64,000 bases of DNA from an uncultured Phycisphaerales bacterium. GTDB lineage: Bacteria > Planctomycetota > Phycisphaerae > Tepidisphaerales > Tepidisphaeraceae. This document shows positions 57,598 through 64,000 of the stretch, piece after piece. The stretch is from contig CAVWVQ010000001.1 of the NCBI GenBank assembly GCA_963758525.1, positions 224,001 to 288,000 of the forward strand, in the 5' to 3' direction. A model generated the notes under the pieces. That model was not told the DNA's origin. It ran no database searches and was given only the letters and a program-made list of their open reading frames with translations. Every line of letters begins with the position of its first letter. Within the stretch, counting starts at the first letter, position 1. The position numbers and the translations under genes are program-made.

Positions 57598-59790
57598 CTA
57601 GAACGTCACCTTAAACCCTCCATACACCGCGAACCCTGGCTCGCCGAAGCCGTCGACTTCCTCGTAGTGCTGATTGAACAGATTATCCATCCGTAGCGTG
57701 AGCGTCGCATAATCGGTAACGCGGTAGGCGGTCGCCAGGTTGACCACGACGTACCCCGGCACGTTGGTATTGGCGAACGTCGTCGGGTTGATATCCGGCC
57801 GTTCACTTTCATAGACGACGCCGACGGTGATCTGCCCCTTGCGCGAGTAATCCCAACTTACCTGCGCCGACGCGGCATTGGGCGGACGACGAAGCAGCTT
57901 GGTGTCGGTGTCGGTGTCACGCGCGTCGGTATAGGTATAGTTGATGCTCGCGCTGACCGTCTCCCATGGCCGGGCCGTCAGCCCCAGTTCGACGCCCTGG
58001 CTTTCGGCATGGCCGATGTTGTCTTCCTTGAACGTGGCGTTGTTGAAGTCGATCAGATCCCGGTAGCGATTGTAAAAGTACGTCGCGCTGGCCGTCAGTC
58101 GATCGTGCAGAAAGCTCTGCTCGACGCCGCCGTCGAATCCGTCGCTCTTTTCGGGCTTGAGATTCGGAGACCCGAATGAGGAATACAGATCCGACAGTGT
58201 CGGCACTTTGAAGCCGGTGCCGTAGCTTCCGCGGATCGTGGTATGGGTCGGCAAAATGTAAGCGCCGGTGAACCGCCAGGTGAGATCTTCGCCGCCGATC
58301 CTGAAGTCGTCGTAGCGTACGCCGCCGGTGAGGAACAAGCTTTTGTTGAAGCTGACGGCATCCTGCAGATAGACCGCTGTCTGATCGTTGGTCTTGTGCG
58401 GCGTCGTCGTCGCATTGAGATTCTCCTGACCGAGCACCAGGCCCGCCGTGAGAATCTGGTTTTCCGACACCTCAACGTCGTTCTGCCAATCGAGCTTCGC
58501 AAGGCCTCCATTGAGATGGCTGGGAAAGCTGCGCTCGGTGTCCTGCCGATCGTAATAGGTGTAGGAGAGTTTGTAAGTCTCGATCAATTTGCCGTCCAGC
58601 AGCTTCAGATGCGGCTGGATTCCGAAGAAGGCTTCGTTGTTGCGAAGCTGTGCCCCGATCTCGTCTCCGCCCGGCCCGCCGCCTTTGTCGATGTCGATGT
58701 CGCCGTACTGGTAGCGGGCGATGAAATCGACATCCAGCTCGGGGCTGATGTTCCACCCGAATTTCTCCGCAACGGAGCTGATGCCGTAACCGTCGGACTC
58801 AGGATTATCGAACTTGCTGTCGGCCGCGGAGATCCCCTGCGAGTTCTGCTGTGAGAGACTCAACGAATAATTGATCGTTTTGTTGCCTCCGCTGATGCCG
58901 ACTCCTTCCCGATAGGTGTTGAAAGATCCGTCTTCGGAATAGAAATATCCGCTCGGCGGCCCCTCGCCGCGTTTGCTCACGATGTTAATGACGCCGCCGA
59001 CGGCGTTGGAGCCCCAGAGCGTGCTCTGAGGGCCGCGGATGACTTCGATGCGATCGATATCGTCGACGGTAAGCGTGGAAAAATCGAAGGCGCGGGACGG
59101 CGAGGTCGGATCATTTGCTTCGATGCCATCGATCAGCACGAGCGTGTGATCCGAGTTGGCTCCGCGCGTGAAGACCGATGTGATCTGCCCCGGCCCGCCC
59201 GACCGCGTCACGTTCACGCTCGGCACATACCGCAGCGCATCAGACACCAGCGGCACCTGCTCGCGGTCGAGGTCTTCGCTTGTGATGACACTGACCGAGC
59301 TTCCCACTTCCGACGCCGGCGTAGGAACGCGGTTGGCCGTGACGACGACGGGAGCCACTTCTACCGTGGACGCCGGGGCGGTTGTTGGAGCGTCGTCGGC
59401 TAAGCCCCGCCGTCCGGTGAGGGTTGAGAGCAGGACGAATGTGAGAAGTGCTGGAAGAAGAGACGATTGAGGATTGCAAATTGCAAATTGCAAATTGCAA
59501 ATTCGGGGGAAAGTCGTCCAGCGCGGCCAAGGCGTAAAGGGAGAAGAGCCGCGAAGGCGCGAAGGCGCGAAGACAGCCGCGAAGGAAGAGCGGAAAAATC
59601 GCGTGCTTCCCCTCCTTTCTCGAAAATTTTCAATTTGCAATCCCCAATTTGCAATTTCCAATTCTCCCTCCCCGCCGCGCGATCGCAGCCCACCTGCTGC
59701 TCCAGGCTCCCCGCTTCCTGCTTCCGACTTCTGACTTCTTGCTTCCGGCTTCTCCCCTTCGTGTCTGTATTTCCCTAATCGCATTGCCAT
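57598..59790 (-). CDS. btuB: TonB-dependent cobalamin receptor (start uncertain)
   Basis: TonB box VVVTANR, plug RGANSDHTLVLIDG..RIEVIRGPQS, NLFNQHYE, terminal F; B12 riboswitch upstream. Confidence 0.88.
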   Translation of the reverse strand: MAMRLGKYRHEGEKPEARSQKSEAGSGEPGAAGGLRSRGGEGELEIANWGLQIENFRERRGSTRFFRSSFAAVFAPSRLRGSSPFTPWPRWTTFPRICNLQFAICNPQSSLLPALLTFVLLSTLTGRRGLADDAPTTAPASTVEVAPVVVTANRVPTPASEVGSSVSVITSEDLDREQVPLVSDALRYVPSVNVTRSGGPGQITSVFTRGANSDHTLVLIDGIEANDPTSPSRAFDFSTLTVDDIDRIEVIRGPQSTLWGSNAVGGVINIVSKRGEGPPSGYFYSEDGSFNTYREGVGISGGNKTINYSLSLSQQNSQGISAADSKFDNPESDGYGISSVAEKFGWNISPELDVDFIARYQYGDIDIDKGGGPGGDEIGAQLRNNEAFFGIQPHLKLLDGKLIETYKLSYTYYDRQDTERSFPSHLNGGLAKLDWQNDVEVSENQILTAGLVLGQENLNATTTPHKTNDQTAVYLQDAVSFNKSLFLTGGVRYDDFRIGGEDLTWRFTGAYILPTHTTIRGSYGTGFKVPTLSDLYSSFGSPNLKPEKSDGFDGGVEQSFLHDRLTASATYFYNRYRDLIDFNNATFKEDNIGHAESQGVELGLTARPWETVSASINYTYTDARDTDTDTKLLRRPPNAASAQVSWDYSRKGQITVGVVYESERPDINPTTFANTNVPGYVVVNLATAYRVTDYATLTLRMDNLFNQHYEEVDGFGEPGFAVYGGFKVTF

Positions 59791-60004
59791 TCCCTTCAGC
59801 CCCAATCGCGTGGGGCAAAAGACGATCGGCCTCGCGGTGTGCTCATCGAGCACAGGGCAAGGCCGAAGGGCAAGCGATCAGCATGGCAGGCGGCGGGCGA
59901 ACGGCCCCGCGCAAATGCCAGAAGGTGGCTGTGGCCCCGGCCGTCCCGAGTCGCGAGGACGAATCCGAAACGAGCGGGCGCACAGTGCGCCGGTGCTCAA
60001 AAGC

Positions 60005-60240
60005 CCACAGGCCGGTCTTCTGGCTCAGGGAGGTGGTCTGCGTTTTCTCAACGCCGACCGTCGCCAGCCGCCTTCCGAAAAGGCCCTGTCCCAACGGACA
60101 AAGGCCAAATCGTGGCGTCTGACTGGCTCAAACCTCTCCATTACAGCGGCGCGTCCGCGGCGGAATTTCACCGCCTTCCCATCACAAGGTCTGCCTTTAA
60201 ACAGACCCCGAAGGCTTCGCAGCCGCCCGAGGGCATCGGT
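60005..60240 (-). promoter_or_regulatory. cobalamin riboswitch
   Basis: GGGAAGGCGGTGAAATTCCGCCGCGGACGCGCCGCTGTAA, GCCAC..GGAAGGC, B12 box GAGCCAGAAGACCGGCC. Confidence 0.9.
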
Positions 60241-60293
60241 ACAGTAGCTATGTCGATTCGGATTGCAATCAAACGAAGATTCGAGTCCGTCCC

Positions 60294-60436
60294 GGGTGTG
60301 GCGCTCGAAAGTGGCGATCGGCTCCGAGTAGGGCGGGATTCATCCCGCCGATTTGTTGGCCGGCTGAGAAAACGGCGGGATGAATCCCGCCCTACGATCG
60401 CAAAATCTGCAATCGCCACAAATAAAAGTTACACCC
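60294..60436. mobile_element. 143-bp MITE, copy 2
   Basis: 8-bp target duplication TCCGTCCC; identical to 46746-46888. Confidence 0.88.
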
Positions 60437-60611
60437 TCCGTCCCCCCTTCTCCGAGCGTGCTCGCGATGATTCATTCCTTCCCGCGTGCGCAGCACTCCG
60501 CAACCCGCGAGCCCTGTCGCTTTCCCATTACCCGCATTGACACAAATCCCCCATTTTCATACCCTTTCTTCAAGAGAGTCCCATCCTTCGGCGTACATCA
60601 TCGAGGTTCCT

Positions 60612-61604
60612 GTGGAAAAGCGTCATTTCCCGCTCTTTGTCTGGTACGGCGTCACCTCGATCTTCGCACTCATCATCTTTGGGATCGGAATTTACCTGGC
60701 GGCAATGCCGCCGCATAACTGGGGGATGCTCTCCGCAGGGGCGGCCAGTCTCGTAGCATTGGGAGTGACCTGGCCAATTGCCCGCATTCTCTCTTCGGCC
60801 AAGGTGTTGGATACGGCCGGCACCGAAGAGTTGCTCCAGCCGCTGACGGATCGGATCGATCAGATGTCGATCTTGCTGAACCTCATGAGCGAACAGCAAT
60901 TGCTCAGCGACCGGGCGAAGGTGGTTGCGTTTCGTGAGAAGGACCGCGAGGCCCTGCGGCGTGCGATCAACGAGGAAATGGCCAAGGGGGATTACGAAGC
61001 CGCCTTCGCGCTGGCCGACGACGTCGAACGGACATTCGGCTACCGCGCCGAAGCCGAGCGGCTCCGCAACGAAATCCGCAACAAGCGCCAGGAAGGCGTC
61101 CGCAAACAGATCAACGAAGTCGTGGCGATCATCGACCGCCACACGCGCATCGAACAGTGGAACGGCGCCATGCGTGAAGCCGAGCGGCTCATGGGCATGT
61201 TCCCCGACAACGAGCAGGTCAAGAACCTCCCGCACGAAATCGATGCCCGCCGCCAAGCGCACAAAAAGCAGCTCTTGCAAAGCTGGCAGGAAGCCGTCGC
61301 CCGTCACGATGTGGACGGGAGCATTGAAATTCTCCGTCAGCTCGATCCCTATTTGACCCCCGCCGAGGCCGAGGGAATGCAGGAGACCGCCCGCGGCGTG
61401 TTTAAGGAAAAGCTGAACAACCTGGGCGCGCAGTTCTCCAATTCCATCCGCGATCACAAGTGGCTCGACGCCATCAAAACCGGCGAGCAGATCATGCGCG
61501 ACTTCCCCAACTCGCGTGCTTCGCAGGAAGTCAAAGAAAAGATGGATGCGTTACGCCAGCGGTCCGCAGAACCCGCTTCGACCGCCGCTGCCGTGACGGC
61601 ATAG
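60612..61604 (+). CDS. membrane-anchored helical-repeat hypothetical protein
   Basis: GAGG RBS + GTG, two N-terminal TMs, TPR-like helices. Confidence 0.7.
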   Translation: MEKRHFPLFVWYGVTSIFALIIFGIGIYLAAMPPHNWGMLSAGAASLVALGVTWPIARILSSAKVLDTAGTEELLQPLTDRIDQMSILLNLMSEQQLLSDRAKVVAFREKDREALRRAINEEMAKGDYEAAFALADDVERTFGYRAEAERLRNEIRNKRQEGVRKQINEVVAIIDRHTRIEQWNGAMREAERLMGMFPDNEQVKNLPHEIDARRQAHKKQLLQSWQEAVARHDVDGSIEILRQLDPYLTPAEAEGMQETARGVFKEKLNNLGAQFSNSIRDHKWLDAIKTGEQIMRDFPNSRASQEVKEKMDALRQRSAEPASTAAAVTA

Positions 61605-61609
61605 AACTG

Positions 61610-61822
61610 ATGGTAGCCCCAGGAGCCACATCACAGCCCCCGAACATACCGCCGGCAAGCGCACCGGTGCGCATCGCCGGCTACGGCCCGGTGCGGTTCA
61701 CCGTGAAAGACACGCTCTGCATGGTGGCTCAGGGAATTCTTCCAGAAGATTCCACGATCGAACTACTCGATGGATCGCTGGTCTACCGCGATCGCTTTGG
61801 GCTGTGTGGAGGGGAGAGGTGA
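61610..61822 (+). pseudogene. truncated Uma2/DUF820-like endonuclease N-terminus
   Basis: RFTVKD..MVAQGILPEDSTIELLDG then premature end. Confidence 0.55.
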
Positions 61823-61941
61823 GGTTTGGCCCGTTCTGCCAGTGGGAAAACCAAACAGGTCTATCTGTGGCCGCCACGCTCGTGGAAATGTGCCGCTGAG
61901 CGGTGCAACGGGTTGGCTTGGGCGGGTGCTATACTTTCCGC

Positions 61942-63041
61942 GTGAACGACGCGATCGTCATCGGCGCGGGCCCGGCGGGAAGTCTCAGCGCGCTGCTGCT
62001 GGCGCGAGCGGGTTGGCAAGTCACCATTCTCGAACAGCATGCATTCCCGCGCGACAAAGTGTGCGGGGAATGCTTGAGCGCGCGCGGGACCGATGTCTTG
62101 CGTCGGGTCGGACTCGCCGACGCCCTGCAGGCGATGCGGCCGATTGCGCTGGCCGGTGTCGCATTGCACGCGAGTAATGGACGGTCCGCCGCGCTGTCGC
62201 TGCCGCGGCCGATGACGGGGGTTTCGCGGCAACTGCTCGACGGCTTCCTGCTGGACGCGGCCGCGCGGGCGGGAGCGACGGTTCGCCATCGCGTGCGGTG
62301 CGAGCGCATTGAGCCTGCTGCGCGCCCCGCCGTTCGCGTGCGCGACCTTTCCAACAATGAGGTTCAGACGCTGGCGGCCTCGCACGTGATCCTCGCCGAT
62401 GGGAAAGGCTCGCTGCTGGGGAAGCCTCCGCCGCATACCGGCGACTTTGGGATTAAATCGCATTATGAAGGGATCGACGGACCGCGCGACGCCATCGAGA
62501 TGTTTGGATGCGCGGATTGCTATGGCGGCATCGCTGCCATCGAAAAGGATCGCTGGAACGTTTCGTTCTCCGTGCCGCGGACGCGCCTTGCGAGCGCCCG
62601 CAACGGGATCGATGTTCTGTTCGCGCAGCTCGTCGCGGAAAACCCGACGCTGCGCCGGCGCGTTGCCGCGCGCGGCGAGTCTCGCCCTGGGCGGCCTCGC
62701 CTGTCGCACGATTTGGCTCGCAACCGCCGATTGCCGCGAATCTGATTCGCGTCGGCAACGGCGCCGCGGCCATGGAGCCGATCTGCGGCGAGGGAATGGG
62801 CAACGCGCTGTGCAGCGCGGAGATTGCCGTTGAGGCGCTGCTGAATCCAAAGGGAGGAGCAAACCGCGATGGCCTTTCGCTGGACGCGCTGTCGCGCAGC
62901 GTAATCTGGTCTCTCCGAAGCGCTGCCTGCCGCGCGGGGGGCATTGTTGCAGCGTCGCCATCCGCATCCCGAGTGGCGCTGTCCGGGCTGCAACACTTCA
63001 GGCTCGGCGCCGTCATGCTCTGGGTTGTCGGCAAGAACTAG
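61942..63041 (+). CDS. FAD-dependent oxidoreductase, geranylgeranyl-reductase-like (frameshift ~62690)
   Basis: IGAGPAG, FPRDKVCGECL, LADG, VGNGAAAMEPICGEGMGNAL. Confidence 0.85.
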
Positions 63042-63125
63042 CCGTCCGGCTTGCATTCTTCGCGGCAATGTTGACCCTTCCCAAACGGATTGGTTTGACC
63101 CACAAGCAAGGAAGCGGGCAGGTTG

Positions 63126-64000
63126 ATGTTCAGGAAACGCCTTCGGTTGATGATGCTGACGTTCGGGCTCCTCATCGGAGCGGTCATCGTGCACGGGGAT
63201 AACGCGCCCTCTGATCCCAGCGATGTCATTCTTAAATATCTGGGAGACACCATCGATTGGTATCGGCGGGTGACGTCGTTCGCCCAGGCGCCGGTGAATA
63301 CCGACGAGGTGCTCTTCCGCGACACGGTGGCGCAGGGAGCGTTGCAGACACTGAAGCTCGGGTTCACCTTCGCGCACGCCGATGCCGGTCTGCTGGCGGC
63401 CACCCGGAAGGCTTCGCCCATGACCGCGCCCACCACCAACGGGAGTTCCCTGCACAATGTTCAGCAGGCGGTCGATGCAGCGGCCGCGCGCGTGGCGCAG
63501 TTCCAATCTGAGTTGAACGAGATCGATCAGCAGTGGCAAACCGCGCCGCCGACCTCGCAGCCCGCGCTGCACTCCCGAAGAGAGAAAGTCTCGGCGGAGC
63601 TGGAACTGGCGATCCTTCGCCAGCACGTGCTGCAGGGATTTGCGGCCTTTTCAAGCGACCAGGGCGCTCGGGCGCCGGCACGCTCTGGCAGAAAGTGGAC
63701 GACTTGCAGCGCGCCGTGCCGGAGTCTTCCGGCGATGGCGCGGCCACCCCGCCGCTCTCCGCCACGCAGCAGACCATCGTTCCCGAATCGCTGGGCGTGC
63801 TCGGGCTTGTCGGGCAGCTTTTCACGCTTTCGCATCGCATGAGCGAAGTGAATCGCCTGATCGAGGAGACCGAGACGCTTGCCGACCGCAACAAAGCGCT
63901 GCGCGACCCGCTGCGAACGAGCCTGCTGGACGCGGTGCATCGCAGCGAGACGCTGATGAAGTCGCGCGATTCGGAAGATCCCAAGGTGCTCGATGCCGAA
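63126..64000 (+). CDS. exported coiled-coil protein, possibly N-terminus of an MscS-family channel (partial, frameshifted)
   Basis: Signal peptide, LKYLGDTIDWYR, long coiled coils; runs off the window. Confidence 0.45.

Overview
High-GC bacterial chromosome segment, most consistent with a Planctomycetota (Phycisphaerae/Tepidisphaerales-like) genome; this is inferred from HYExAFE and DUF4058 genes, a GlyQS-type GlyRS and the intergenic repeat style. Many essential genes carry single-base frameshifts, so the assembly looks like an unpolished long-read consensus. (1) 1-5.3 kb: housekeeping genes (AAA ATPase, bioB, KAS). (2) 5.4-6.7 kb: two back-to-back paralogous toxin-antitoxin pairs. (3) 6.86-18.61 kb: an ~11.7-kb filamentous (inovirus-like) prophage integrated at a XerCD dif site. 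It has a 22-bp att repeat, a CTXphi-like forked attP hairpin, a Rep_trans initiator with a pT181-like nick hairpin, SSB, major coat, pIII/pVI, Zot/pI and a lipoprotein secretin. It also has two proteins in which large passenger domains are fused to paralogues of its own coat proteins ('natural phage display'). (4) glyQS, rpsT, def-fmt and the tuf-rpmG-secE-nusG-rplKAJL-rpoBC cluster, interrupted by inserted cassettes, including a BrnTA module flanked by a 32-bp duplication of the rpoB 3' end. (5) A minimal WXG100/FtsK (type VII-like) locus. (6) ABC transporter, ychF, three tRNAs, cobalamin riboswitch-btuB, and two identical copies of a 143-bp MITE with 8-bp target duplications carrying a REP doublet.
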